Positions 12,005 through 26,000 of a stretch of DNA of 64,000 nucleotides are shown here, piece by piece (position 1 is the first letter of the stretch; every line of letters starts with the position of its first letter). Source of the stretch: Ascidiella aspersa. Taxonomy: Eukaryota. Under the pieces are notes generated by a model. The model did no database searches, was not told the DNA's origin, and saw only the letters and a list, made by a program, of their open reading frames with translations. A program made the translations under genes and the position numbers. Location of the stretch: positions 11,284,001-11,348,000 of the forward strand of contig OZ004612.1 in assembly GCA_963924565.1 (NCBI GenBank), in the 5' to 3' direction.

Positions 12005-14709
12005 TCAACGGTGTTGCAGCGAGTATTTGCCTCTTTGAAGTTGGTGGAAATGAAGCTTTGATTTGACTCCGTTAGTTTGCTGCACAAGGACTTCTGTATG
12101 GCCTATTCCGGCAATCGTTCCCCTGCAAAAAGTTTTATATTTAAGTAGTATCTTTGACAGAATCTTAAAAAATCATCTTAATGACAAATTATTAAATTGT
12201 TTTAAAATCATTGAACGGCAGTAATGATCATACTGTGTTGTTGTATCTCTGTTGCGTATTGTGACCAATTGTCCTTTCTGAAAGTTTTTTCCAGCATAAA
12301 TCAGCTTGCCATCCTCATATCGACAAGGAAGGCGTTTCTTAAAACCTAAAAATAAAACATTCATTAGTATGAAATGATATCAATAAATACGTTTAAATTT
12401 AAGGATACTTGCCTTTTGAAGAATTTTTGTGTCTTTGACTGATACTTAAGGCCATTTTAATTGAAGTCCAATCGTCCATGATATCACTATCTCTCAGCAT
12501 GTAGACAATATATGGACGTTTTGGCATTCAAGAGTGTGCGTTAAGGAAAATCGTTTGGAAATGGAATTCTATTCAAGACAAACTGTTAGCGCTGGTTAAA
12601 CTATGTAATGCCACTAACTAACCATAATTGATTTATGATTTCGAAAAAGACATTAAGAAACTAGAAATCCAAATTGCACAAGAAAAACGTAACTTGTAAC
12701 ATGATATTGAGTTTTGATATGAGACATTCCCCATACCAAACCACAACACAATATTTATTCATAAGGATATCTGTGACAGTGACAGGCTTCTTTCGTCGCT
12801 TGATCGTTCCGAAACTAAACGCTTGTTCACTGTCTTCTTTGCGTTTGTGCTTTTTCTTCAGCTCAAAGTCCTTCTTGTCGATAGAATCGGTCCACAACTC
12901 AGTTGACAAGTCCACATTGTTGCGATCCTCCTCCAGACGGTGGATTTTTTCATCAATTTCTGACTGGATTTGCTCTGTGAGCAATTTCTTTTCATTCTGG
13001 AGAGGTATTACAGTATTTTTTTGTAATATTACAAACAGCATAAACCCCATTCTTTGTATTGTGTACAGCTGTTTAATTGTTTTTACTGAACAGATTTTAA
13101 TTGCTACACCATTTATTAAAAACAAATAGTATTGAAATTATTGTTATTTTATTTTATCAGTTTTGCCTGGTGACCATGCAGTTAGTTATATTGTGAAATA
13201 TATGATTTTTTGTAGAAGGGAAAAACAAATTTTTGATACACTTACATTTAGGTGTTGAGTGTTTGCCATTTTATCTGCCTGCAAAATTGTCTGTAATGAT
13301 TCAACCCGAAGTTTTTTCATAAAATCTGAAACCTGTAAATCGTAAAAATAAATTACAAATTTTTACTCTAACTGAATAGGTAGTTTGTCATTTTAACATT
13401 TACCTGCATCCTAATTCGATTGCTTTTCTCAAGAGTTTCCACCTGTTGAATGTACTCTGGTGCAGTTCCTGCATTTACTTCATTCAACTTCTTTGTTATT
13501 TGTGTGTGGCGCTCTCGATATAACCTGTATAAAAATGTGGACTATATGCAACACCTACAGAACCATAAAATTATCAATCAAATAAAAAAAAAAAACAGTA
13601 ACTACACTTCTTAGTACAAAGACCAGTGTCACACTCTTATTGTTCTCAGCATCAACAAGAAAAAAATATACAAAAATTATTTAAGTAACTTCAGTACAGT
13701 TGTGTATAACTTTAGGCAAGTTATGTGAAAACATAGCCCCAATTACAAACTACAGCCACACTAGTAATTTTACACTCCCAATTTACAACCTTAACAGGTG
13801 AGGAACAAAACAAAATTACATGTATGACTATGTATTGTATGCAAGATTATTGCTTTTATGGCAAGGTAACAAATCATACTGGTCTCTAATCTCCATAAAC
13901 TGCTTTTCAATTGTCGTCATTTCACCGATGCACTGCGAGCGCCTTCGATTACATTCTTCCTCGTCCAGTTCGGAACTTTCCGCCTCAGATTCATCTTCCT
14001 AGAATTTAATTTAACTAAATTAAAACTGATATCTAACAGCGAACCCAGTGAAAAATGCAGAAAGTAAAGTTCACTAAATCAGCAAAGGATTGGTAGGTCG
14101 AACAAAAAAAAAACAACCAACAAGAAGCCATTTAGGAATTCAAGGCACTTTTCTTTTAGATCTTGAGTGTGCAGCACCAAATTTTTTGGTGTGTATTCAA
14201 GTTTTAGCACACCAGACGTTCAGAATTGTAACACAACTCAACCTATTTTAAAGTTTTGTAAGGAAAAATATTGGTTGAGTGTGCACCTGCCACAAAACAC
14301 AGACTGGCTATGAAGTGCTATATAAATGGGATAGCAATGTTTTCAACGCTATTAGTGTATAACATCCATATTTCAGGCTTACATCATTGTCTGATGAGGA
14401 GCTTGAGGAAGAAGAAATAGGCGGCGACGAATTTTCGTGACATGCTTCTTGGTCACCAACTTCGTCACCAACTTCGTCCGCCATTATGTCAGCGTGCGTG
14501 TCCATGCGACTGTTGGGTATTGGCCTGCTCGTAAGTTCAAAAGACTGAGGGGTCTTGCCAAAGTCGGACACGGAGTCGGAAAACATCGTAAGGATCTGAG
14601 AAACTTCCTCGGTGGCCTTTTTCTCCTTGCACTCGTCGCTATCGGTCGCCATGTTTTCTTCGATTTCGTTGGAATTGGCGGTTTTGCTTTGCATGTCGGT
14701 CGAGCTCAT
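12005..14709 (-). CDS. BRMS1L: BRMS1/BRMS1-like (Sds3-family Sin3-HDAC subunit), 8 exons
   Basis: Exons approx. 14709-14383, 13998-13880, 13524-13404, 13332-13246, 12996-12771, 12517-12413, 12345-12234, 12122-12005. The product has ECNRRRSQCIGEMTTIEKQF, LYRER, EKIHRLEEDR..ELWTD, KKPVTVTGPYIVYML..DIMDDW and SKLHFHQLQRGKYSL, matching BRMS1L better than SUDS3. Confidence 0.9.
12346..12412 (-). other. GC-AG intron (67 nt) of BRMS1L
   Basis: AAAG|GCAAGT donor with a ttttag|GT acceptor is the frame-preserving join found. A U2-type CTAAT branch motif is present. Confidence 0.78.
12518..12770 (-). other. U12-type (minor spliceosome) AT-AC intron of BRMS1L, 253 nt
   Basis: 5' site ATATCCTT (12770-12763), branch point TTTTCCTTAAC (12550-12540), 3' end AC (12519-12518). 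Removal joins G|GT CCA TAT and restores the conserved VTGPYIVYML. Confidence 0.93.
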
Positions 14710-16072
14710 GTTGTCCGGTAATTTTAGAGCACTCCTTATTATTCAAACCTTCCCAAGGCTAGGTTTTGTCGTAAGTATGCCCCTGTCAATATTTCAAAGT
14801 GCAACTTGACCGTTTTACCTATATTTTAATTGATAAATTGATGCTTATATATGGCTAAATCGAAAAGAGCCTCCGCTGAAAAAATAAGTAAACAGCAAAA
14901 TTGCTGATCGCTATTGCGTGACAAACTATTCAAGCATATACAAGCAACCACGAATACATAGAATGTTTATAATCCACGGTTAACAGAAATAATAAGTTTG
15001 TGAAAATAGGTAAACATTTAATTTTTTACAAATATTTGTATGTAATTAGGCGGAACTCTTATTGTTTTGTAGCGGCGTATTGTAAGGCAATCACATAGGT
15101 ATATGCCATTATTATGTCGGTAATGAAATGACGACACATAGTAACGCGTTTATTAACAAAACTATTAACTTAGAAGCAAGAAAACAAAAACTAGAATCCT
15201 AAACAATCAAAAATACTTTTTGGAGTCTTCAATATTTAGAAACAACATACGAAGATACTGCGACAGTTTGACAGCCAACTTTGGTCTAAATGGCTTTAAC
15301 TGTATTTAATTAGGGTTGTCTTTTATTTAATCTCAAATGGCCTTCAGGATCAAAAAGTGAATATTTTACCATTTCAAGTATGAAAGTAAAAACAAGATTT
15401 GTTTTCGTATCGAGAACCGGAAATATTTTTTTTATTTGCCATATTTTAAAGGAGGGGTCACGAAACGACGGCCTGAAGGTTAAATCCTACCTGCCGGTTG
15501 AATTCTTCATATTTCCACAAAACAACGATATTATGTTTATTACCGTTTTTTTTTAGATGCAAGGCTAAGCTAAATTTTCAAACTAAATGTCAGTTTCATA
15601 AAGCTCACTAACCCATATGTTTTAAAAATCATTTATTGTTTACTCCTTTAATGATAATTAAGTAAAATATGGTCAACAAAACTCCGGCCAATGATCTTTA
15701 AAATTTACAGTTTTCCAGCCCGCGACCGCCAATCAATATAGTTATATCCGTCGTTTTGTAAACAATAACGTTTAATGAACCCTGTTTTAAACGCATAATA
15801 CTTCTTGCTTATTTGAGTTAAAAAAAACTAATTATTTTGTAAAATCATTTTCCTTTAAACCAGTGTAAATGAAATTAGCCTAATCTTTGTTTTTTGCTGC
15901 TGCAATTTTGTTCCATCAACAATCAAAGCACTAAAAGTCTCAAAGACAAACGACCGCTCAATGTAAATTCGATTGGATATTTTTAATATGCATGGGGCTT
16001 ACGCTATAAAAAAATCCAGCAAACATTGTTCAAAGGCGATCACTTAACAACGGCAAAACATTTACGCAATAA

Positions 16073-19000
16073 TTATTCTGGTACGGATAGACCCCTCTGA
16101 GTCCATACCATTTCGTTGAGAAGATTTTCTGATTTGAATGCTCTACATTCATCTTCATCTAACACTTTGCCACCAAAAAATCCGACTCCGTCGTATCGAC
16201 CAATTGTCACGACCATCCCAAAATCACCTGAAACAAACAAATGTTCGTAATTATTTACGTGGATAAGGTGTTATACAAAACTCAAGTCAATGTTGGGCTG
16301 AAAGAATAACTTGACTAACGGTATGAGGTCGAAATAACATATAGGCCTGATACAATTATACTGGTATTGAATTGTTGTAAATTTTATGAAATACTATTTC
16401 AACTAACAACTTGTTATCTATCGAGAGAAAACTATTATATTTAGTGGTGTAGTAAGGATTGGAATAATGAAGGTCTGCGTGGTGTCCTGATGTTCAGTTT
16501 TTTTCTTTTTTGAGGACATACCTGGCTGGTATGAAGTTGTGGGTGCACCTTGAATAAGAGCCTTAAGGTTTTCGGCTACTGTGTTGGCCTGGAACGTACC
16601 GGTATACATCATTTTCTGAACGTTAGTATCATTAACATCTCCAATCGCGAAGATGTTTGAGCAACCTTCGACCAATAAGTCGCTCCCCACTTTGATGGCT
16701 CCTGATTCTTTCATCGCTCCCTCTTTAGAGTTCAAATAATATAGATATTCAAAAAACATTAGGATACTTTATGGCAGTTTGGTTTTAGAATGAGCCCTAA
16801 ATATTAATTTTATACTGCAAACTATAGGGATGTCCGAAAATATTGTCCGATACAAGGGTGATATGGGTGACCATCCGCTAACAGATTAATGTAGAAACTA
16901 TAGCCTGAAACGGGGTTCCAACACAGCGATTCTATCTTGAAAGCTAAATTTATCACAAAACAGTAGTTTAAAAACTGGAGGTAACTAAACTTTTTTAACA
17001 CTAGAGCAAATTATGGCCTAATAGAAAGGCATACGAAGTTTGAATTTCACCTATTTTACTTGTTCTTAGTATAGTGACGTAATTTGATATCGATTCGACC
17101 GCGATGCTTTTTCAAAGTTTCGGATATCGGTATGAGAACAAATTACCACGTATCGGACATCCATTTTGCATACTGCTAATATATATTGACTTAAGATTGA
17201 ACTACACAAGTTTGAATGCCAACTGCTTCAGTATAGCTTCTTGAATTAACCGGGGTATGTCAAGTAGTGATGTCCGATGCTACTAGACATTTCGGCGCTC
17301 TTTTACTTATGTACGTGAAAAGTTATGCAAAAACCAAAACAAAATAATACCGCACACCACAACGCATATTGTTTGGGTTAGGGTGCGGGTTAGCGTTTGG
17401 GTGAGGGTGGGTCAAGTAATTTATGTTTATTATTAATAATAACTTGACCCACCTTCAACCAAACGCTAACCCGCACCCTAACCCAAACAATATGTGTTGT
17501 GGTATGCGGCATATGAAGAAAGTTTTTTTTTTATTAATTTTCACGTACATAAGTAAAAGAGCGCCGTCATTTTATTACGATACCCGATATCTTGGTCATA
17601 AAGTATCGTGATCCGATCCGATCCGATACCAAATGAGATCATTACTAGGCTCAAACAAAAATTTATGTAATTTAAACGTCCCAACGTATATGTTTTCCTG
17701 ATTATTTCGCCCAATTTGTTTTATCGCAAAAAAAATTAGCCCAACTCGAGTTGTTCACAAACAATTTTCAAAAAATTACCCTTTGGTAGAATTGCTGCGT
17801 TCAATCGCAAATCATTGCTGAAATTTCTATATTAATTTCGTCTCGGATCGGCACCGATACCAGCCTAGTATCGGACGAGTACCGATACTCCCACTTGGCA
17901 TCTTTATCGTCCCCGATTCGTCATTATCGGACCCCCTTAATGACAAGAATAGTTATCTTCAAGCTCAGCAACGCTGAATTTCTTGTGAAAAATATTTCTC
18001 ATACTTGTAGCCTATACACTAAAATGCCGTAAAAGTGTATGTGTAAGACCTTTCTGAGTGACCCTATATCTTCAACGGCTATTAAACTCGTAAACTTTAC
18101 CTAAAGCAGGTTTGCAGAACTGCGACGCGATTTTGATTCCACTGCAGTCCAACACCAAATCCACCTCTATCTCTTTTCCGTTCTGCGTCGTCACTTTTTG
18201 GTTTTCAACGTGCTTGTTGAGTTGCAGCGTGTCGAGGTTGTTCACTCGGTCGTCTGTTAATAAATCGTTCGGTCAGAAAATCGAGATGAAAAAGTGAACT
18301 GGGTAAGGTTTTAAAGTAAACATGATTAAACGAATTACTTTATATAGAACCCTATTAAACGACCATACTGTGTGATTTTTTTATGTACAACACATTGGCA
18401 TGATTTTGTCAGCCGGTAAAAAAGCGGATCTTAAAAAAGTGATTAATTTCATTTTTTTGCAAAATTAAACAAACGTATTTGACTATTTATTTTTCGCCCA
18501 ATGCAATGTTTTACAAGTTAGATTACTTGGGCCTATTGTATGTTCATTTATGTGTTAATTTAATTGTCCGTAACCTTAACAATAATGAGAATAACTGGTG
18601 AAAACAATTAAAAAGACATTAAATGTTGGTAACAATAGCTTGCTCTTTTACTAATAACCGAAAATGGCGGCGCATTCTTTTGATTATTGGCATGCTTATT
18701 AAAAGTCGTTCCTTTACCAAGAACAAGCTCGATGTCTTTGCGGTCAAGTTTTTGTTGAAGAGATTCTTGTAGCTCCTTGGGTAATCTCGACGACACCAAC
18801 ACTTTGGTTGGATGAACGATGATAACCTACCAAAATATATGCTGATTTTCTTTTTCACATCGTTTCGATTACTGCAGAAGACAAAGAGACCTTTTTAAAG
18901 GAAAATTACCATGATTAAGTAATTGACAGCAACTTTGTCAAATGAAACTGCAAACCCGAGTAAATATAGCAGTTTAATTTATCGTAACAGCAATTCACCA

Positions 19001-20688
19001 AATTCCAACCAAGACCAGTCAGCAACTAAACGCCATAGGAAAGAAAATAAGAAATTACTGCGTCGAAGTATAATTTAAACCAGGACCGCAGGATCGGCAT
19101 TGTTCTAATTTACTATTTGGACGCAAGAACACGAGAAGCGGGAACAGTGGGTACAATTTTGTTTGTTATCTATATATTTTTCAATTATCTCACCTGTTTA
19201 TCTGGGTAATCCGTTTTTATTTCTCCAGCCAACTCTACACCAACTGCACCTCCGCCAACGCAAAGAACTCTGTGTGCTTTTTTCACCTACAACGAACAAG
19301 GTCATTGTCAAGCAGCTAATTGAAAGTATGCTAAAATGTACGAAAATTTCGATTTGGATACCTAATATTTCAAGAAAAAGTACCTCCGATCGGTACTATA
19401 CCAATAATGTCAATACTTTATAGTCAAGTGTTTCAAATTGTTAAATTTGATATTTGCAAAGCGCATAACAACCAGGTTGGTATGTCTTAACTTTTGTTTT
19501 AACGTTACGAATTGAAGTAAACCTATTCTTGTTTAGGTATTTTTCTGTTTGTTTTTCTGTAAAGTTTTTAATGTAAAAAAACAGTCGCTAAAAATGCTAT
19601 ATTAATTTGGTTTCAAGTCGGCGCCCAAATTACTCTTGGTATCACAAGTGTACCGATATTACTGTAATCCGTGCTCTTAAAAACTCTGAGTGGTGATAAC
19701 CGACCAATTAATACCAAAAAAAATAATATTTAAAGTTTACCAGTCGTTTCAACCGGTCAAGCTAATTCAATTTTTCGGGCCAACTATACCAAGACCAATG
19801 TGTTTATCTGTTAGGTAAACGTTTTACAAATACAGGAAAAATGCAACATGAAGCTACAATTTTACTCTTTAGTATTAGTTTTTGCTTACCGCGTCATTCA
19901 TATTTTTGTACATATTTCTACCTTCCTCGGAGGAAATTTTATATTGATCCCCAAATTTGCCCGGAAACGGATTGTTGGATCCTGTAGCAATTACTAGATA
20001 TTCGTAGGGGAGCTGCAAAAAATCTTTCAAAGTATTTCACCAAACAAAGCAAGAAAAAACAAGATAAACATTTGAGAAAAATAGCAAAAATAGCATTACT
20101 TAAACTAAAAATTCAGAAATAGCAAATACCTTTTTGCCGTTTTTTAGGATAACGTGATTCTTGTCTTTCTTTATTGACGTCACGCTCTGTTGCACAAAGC
20201 TGGTCAGGAATTGAGAGTACGGAATAAAGACATTTTTCATAAACTCTGAAATGGTGTATGCTATATTACGCCATGCAATGAAACAGTGGGTAGCTGAAGT
20301 TTATTTTTAAATATAATATTATCAATTAGCCTACTGCTTGTTGGTAAAATTGCAGATACTTTGAAACTATTATGACGTAATGGTTTGTAATATATTTGAA
20401 GCGGATCATAGACATATAAAATAAATCAAGGGATATTATTGTCGTATTGTGATCATATCAATTCTTAATAGCATGAAAACATTTTGTCTGTAACCAAATA
20501 CTAAACTTACCAGGTTCGACTATACACCTTAAAGCACCAATATTGTGCAGCATTGCATCCTTTGGGTCCACAACGGTAACACTGCAAAACGTTTCCTTCT
20601 GCAACTTGAACCCTAGATAGGATCCTATGTAGCCTGCCCCCACTATGACAACGCGGGGTTCCTTGGGTAGGGACTGTCCGCATCCCAT
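16073..20688 (-). CDS. AIFM2: AIFM2/FSP1-like FAD/NAD(P)H oxidoreductase, paralogue A, 8 coding exons
   Basis: N-terminus MGCGQS; FAD motif [10 protein letters not shown]; YEYLVIATGS..FPGK; NADH motif VGGGAVGVELAGEIKTDYPDK; DRVNNLDTLQLN; IFAIGD; last exon GMVVTIGRYDGVG..WTQRGLSVPE*. All introns are GT-AG and the frame is continuous. Confidence 0.9.
16825..17163. mobile_element. MITE with TAGGGATGTCCGA-type termini (hAT/Ac-like family)
   Basis: TAGGGATGTCCGA..TATCGGACATCC inverted ends with CCGATA(C) subterminal motifs. Related pieces at about 11231-11560, 17580-17940 and 37320-37705. Confidence 0.6.
17293..17566. repeat. Palindromic foldback element with telomere-like GGGTTAG motifs
   Basis: Arms of about 125 bp (CGGCGCTCTTTTACTTATGTACGTGAAAA..GGGTTAGGGTGCGGGTTAGCG..GGGTCAAGT and the reverse complement) around an AT spacer at about 17420-17440. 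Confidence 0.85.
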
Positions 20689-23064
20689 TTTTAAGGAGTT
20701 ACCTGCTACCGTTCTATCAAGCAGAAATAGTTAAGTCGTATACAATTCAAGTTAATTTTAAATTTAAAGACAGTTGGTAATTCACATTAAACTATTGCCC
20801 GGTTTGACGCTTATTGTAGTAGGCCTGCTGCCATGTTTTTCAATAGGAAATTATGTTTCACTAAACTTTAATTTCACTCATTAACCATTCTTTAATTGTT
20901 CTAACTTGGTATGTCCGTAGTTTATACTCTTATTTTACTCTTCTAGGTTACGTTTTTCACATGAAATGATAAAACGATCGTGGATAACCATGTTACCGCC
21001 TATGACACATATTATAGTTGAATACCTCGGTCTAAATCCGGTAATACACCTCCTGTGGCTATACACTTGTTATAAGTCGCTCTTGGAATATCTTGCTAAC
21101 TTAGCTTGCGCTTTTGTAAGTATGCCAACTTTTGGCGTCACCTAGAGTACTTTGAAGCGCCAATGGCAGCGTTAGTGGAACTGTGTGCTGAAAGGCTTGG
21201 TTTTAAGTAGTCGGGCCTTGTATTGGTCACAATACAATACCGCTGTCGTATCCAAGTACAACAAAGCCTTCGATCGTAACGCGATACCGCACGAAGCAAA
21301 ACTATATAGGAACAATTTGAGGTTAGCAAATACGTCACCATTTTAACATTTTTAACATGGCTATACCATGTAACTCAAAAAAGTTACCTAAAATATTTTA
21401 AAACTAAAGCAATTTTACTAAATTCATTCAACCAAGTAAAAATAATATTGTCAATTTATTTTGCCTTAAAGACGTAACAAAAGTAAAATAATATAAAAAC
21501 AAAGCGACTTACAGTAAGTGCACTTAAATCAAGCGAAGACAAAGTCGAGTTTCTAAATGTTTGGTTGTAGCGTAAAAACCTTTTCGAGTGACGGATTTAG
21601 TCATGACTCCGCCAAACTCTATTTTTAATCTGTTTTAAATCCTAAAAGGAAATTGTTTTCGCGCTTCATGTGAATATCTTTTGTCTTTCTTGTATGACTC
21701 CACGCGATTTTTTTGGCATATTTACCGACAAACTTACCCTGATATTGACATTGGGGCGAACTTTTTACGTATTTTAACCTTAATTGTTGGGTCACGCGCA
21801 CCACAAAATGATAAAAGACAGTGTATCAAGCAATGCACATTTTTATCTGTGCTTAAGTTTGATTTGTATATAAATTCTTACGGTATAAAATCGTATGTAA
21901 GCCTACATATTAATATCACAGGTACTGAAATTAAATTGTCTCATATTGCCCCTCACTCCTGGAAAATTTTGTTGCATGTTTAATTGTAAACTATCGGCTG
22001 TAACATGCGGCTTTAGCAAACTTTAACACCGCGCCAGCCGACAAAGCATTTAGTTAAATCCTTTCAGACAGAATCAGCGGTTAACAGTAAAATGGTAATA
22101 ATCGCCTTTGCTGTTTTAGAATGTAGGTTACATGTTCTCCGATAACAGCGAAATAAAAAAACACAACACGTGTTATGAAATTTATATTTACCGAACGTGA
22201 AGCGTCACATAGTGCATCGTTTAGGCATAAGTAAAACTGTTATGTTTAAAAAATATATTAAAAATATATTTTAACATTTATTGGCGGTCTGACGAATTCT
22301 TAACATCACTTATTGTGCCAACAGTGTGAAATTTATTGTTACCAAACGTGGAGCGCCATGCATTAACGTTTCAAATAAAGACTTGAGATTACATCTACTT
22401 GCAATATGTTTAACCAAGCAAAATTGAGGTAGAATTTGCAAAGAAACGCGTTTAGTGTCGCAGTTTAAACAGTAAGCAATTTATATTTCGAACGGGTTAC
22501 GGGTTTGTCTGACGTTGAACGCAGCTAATGCGTAACCGTAAAAACTAAATTTAAAGTCATCACATTTGCGAAGGTAAATTATAAAGCGTAATCAGCAAAT
22601 TCACAGGTTAGTTTGTTAGTTTTTTTAAAAAGCCCTATATTACGTGGCTTTAGAAAACTTACTCGGCATTTATGTTAAATTTCAATTTACCGGACGTATA
22701 TCTCTATGACAGTTTAAGGGCAATATGTTGAATGTCGTTTGCTTTACCTCCTTTTTATTAAACCAAACCGAGAAAAACGTAATATGCAATAGTGATGAAG
22801 AACCAACACCATAATTGATTGGTTAAGTACGCAAATTTCAGGTATAGATTTACAGGTGCAATTAATTTGCATATATGGTTAGAAACTCTATTTAATCTGG
22901 GCAGCGCTGGGTATTTCATCTAGCAGCGTATATAAAGTGTCAATAGGTCTATGCTGAATGAAGTTTATCTTTGTACAAATATATCGATTGAAGCGATGCG
23001 TCGAAAGAAACCTATATCACACATTAGCAATATATACAAATTCTAAAACCCAAAAGGTCGAGAC

Positions 23065-26000
23065 TCAGGACGGAAGCTTCAATCCCAGCTCTTCCCAGGT
23101 CTTGGTGCTGTACATATCGTGACACTTGTATTTCTGGCACATCTCGTCGTCTAGCATGTAACCCCCGAAAAGGCCAACACCACCTTTGCGTCCCACCGGC
23201 ACAATCATCTCAAAGTTGTCTGAAAAGGCAGTTTCAAACTAAGGTAGTTTGATATATTGCATAGCAAGAGCCCCAAACTTTGTACGATAAGAGATTATTT
23301 AAAGGCAAATTCAGAAAATATCTATACTGATGTACAACAGTTTCATTTTTCAATTTCTTAAAAAAACGCAGTATTTGATATTCCAGTTTAAGCAGTCCAT
23401 TTCACGCGATTTCACAGCGATATTTCGACATTTTAGCTTAGGCGTTCTACCATTATGCAGGTTAGGAACATGTTAATTAATAAGACAACGATGCGTTTTT
23501 CCGAAAAGATGATCAAGCCTGACCTTATCGTAAAACTTGCATTTATACCTTCATAAATGTTGGTATGCTTGACACGTCGGTTTATTTATTTATCCTGCAC
23601 CGATAAATCGATTATTTTTGCCTCAAGTCAAGGCAACCTAAATGTATCCTGGTGTTTATAGCCTTGATAAAATATCACGAGATCCGGATTTGTCTTAAGC
23701 GTCCAAATCAGTGTTCTTTAGCCGGGTATACTGTATAACTAAGTGTATATCGGATTACAGCTTGGGTTTGCAACTGACAAAAGGTATACGAAAGGTATAC
23801 AGATTAGGTCAGTATTAATCCATGGCACAACTGTGACATATTTTATGTTTATTTTTATCCTGACCTGTGTTGTATTTTATAGCAGTCAGAATTCTCAAAT
23901 TGTTATGTTTTGTGTCTACACATATAGCGCAATTTAATCACTTTGCAACACAAAAACTATATTGCTTTTTGCATGTTGTGCAGGGACGTATCCAGGTGGA
24001 TTAAATCTCATATGGACTTTCATATATTTACTCGAGTTGGTTGCACCTTTTCATCCTAAAGGCGCATTTGCGTGACTTAGTATTCTTCGTGGAACCATAC
24101 AGCTGTTAAATAAATAGCTCACAATCGTTAGCCAAAATCGTTACTGACATAACCATGATGACATGTTTCCTCCAATCAAAAATCTGGCAATTTAAAACTG
24201 AAAACCAGGCAAGTCAGTGTACAACTTAAATTTAACGCAAGGTCGAATTTTACCTGAAGGCACAAACGCCGGAACTTCTTTTCCTTCGATGATCGCTTTC
24301 AGGTTGGCGGCCAAGTAGTCGGAATGCTTTTTGCCGGTGTAGGCCATCTTCTCTTCCCGGACTGCGTTTGCGTCGCCGATCGCGAAGATATCGCCGCAAC
24401 CCTCCACCAGGAGGCGCTCGTTTACACGAATACGACCGTCAGCTTCCATCGCGCTTTCTATAGTGACATGAAGTAAAAAAGATAATTTTAAACCAGAGCC
24501 CACAAAATGTATAAACTTTTAGTTTGGCAGATACAAAAATACTAGATCAGGTGAAGCCAACTTTGTCTGATTACGATCGACTGAATTATTTTTTAGAGAC
24601 TCTCGATCGACTGGTTCGGTATAGAAAGTCACAAGGACACTTTTTTAACATTTTGAGCGTTAATTGCATTCCAAGCCAACGATTGAGGTAAATTTGTTAC
24701 GTCAAAAAACGCTTTATTAGGCTTGCCAGATGACGATTGGTCACTTTAATGATCCGCTTGAATGGGACAGCTACTTTATTGACGTAACGCATATTCGACG
24801 CGATCGACCAGTCAAGCGACGTGTTGAAGTAATCCCTATAACTGACTAATGATTTTTCAACTGGGTAGTGAAAATTAATATTTGATATAGTATGCTGCAT
24901 CATAGTGCAGGGGCCCGCAAATACTTTTGGCGCGACCCAAAATTACCAGTACCATGGTCTCGCGACCCAAATACTTCTTGAGATGTTTTTAATAAATAGC
25001 AACACAGAAACCATGTGTTTTTTTAATTAGAACAAGTCTGTGTTATGTTTATTTTAAAAGGGTTCTGTAACACAACTGAATATAAGTCTTGAGTTTTACT
25101 ACGTGTGATGTCTCATTCGTATGACAAATATAGCAACCAATATGTGTTCCTTTAGTTGCAGCCCCATTAACTTCCCACCATAACCCATCCAACCCCGGCC
25201 GCTACTTAGCTTACTGCAATAATTACTGGCAAGGGGTTTAATGATTTTTGGCGCGACTCACTAAAAATGCCCGACGTCTCGCAATGCTTTCAGAAAACTC
25301 AGCGTTATAAGGCGCGGATTCAAGGATTTTTGGGGCGGCAATATATTTTAAGACATGATGTTACAAAATTAAACTAAGACGCAAAATCTTAGCACAAAAA
25401 CGTTAAATAACCCTGCCTTGTCCAGCCTAACTCAATGCGTCAAGCGCAACCAGATTGTCTGCATCTGGTTTTATTGGCAAAACTTTTCATCTAAAAGGTT
25501 GGTCGACGCGCTTGACCACACAAAAATAGATTTCCACATCACGTTAGTGCCCCACAGCTGTATAGAAAACGCATTAACCACATAAAGATTCGCGTAAAGC
25601 GTCTTATAATAGCTTGTTTATATCGTGTAAGTTTGTGAAAAACTACACAACCTGGTTAAGCAGTTTATGTTTGCCAAAAAGTTAATATTATCAGACAAAA
25701 TAATAATAGAATGCAACATGCTCACGACGCTTTGGTTAAAAAAAATGGGCTAAAAAGTAGAATAATGTTTTTTGGAAAAACATACTAGGAAGTCAACCCA
25801 GCTAAGCAGATTAGTTTGGTGTTTCGGTAATGGCCAAAAATAGTGTTAGGTTGCCAGTGCTCTTTTCCCTCACCTGGATCAAACAAAAGTCTCACGACAT
25901 TTTACGGGCTTAGTGTGTACATTTCGCGTGACAATGCTAGTCGCGCTCAAGTAAGACGGCTCTTGTGTATAATTTAGTGTACTAATGAAAACAATTAAAA

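Noticed and set aside
12005-14709. SUDS3 as the gene name
   Set aside because: The motifs RRR..C..EM..EKQF, RLEEDR..ELW and GPYIVYML..DW fit BRMS1/BRMS1L better.
22880-23067. AIFM2-B TGA as a selenocysteine codon
   Set aside because: The stop aligns with the TAA of paralogue A, and no convincing SECIS hairpin was seen downstream.
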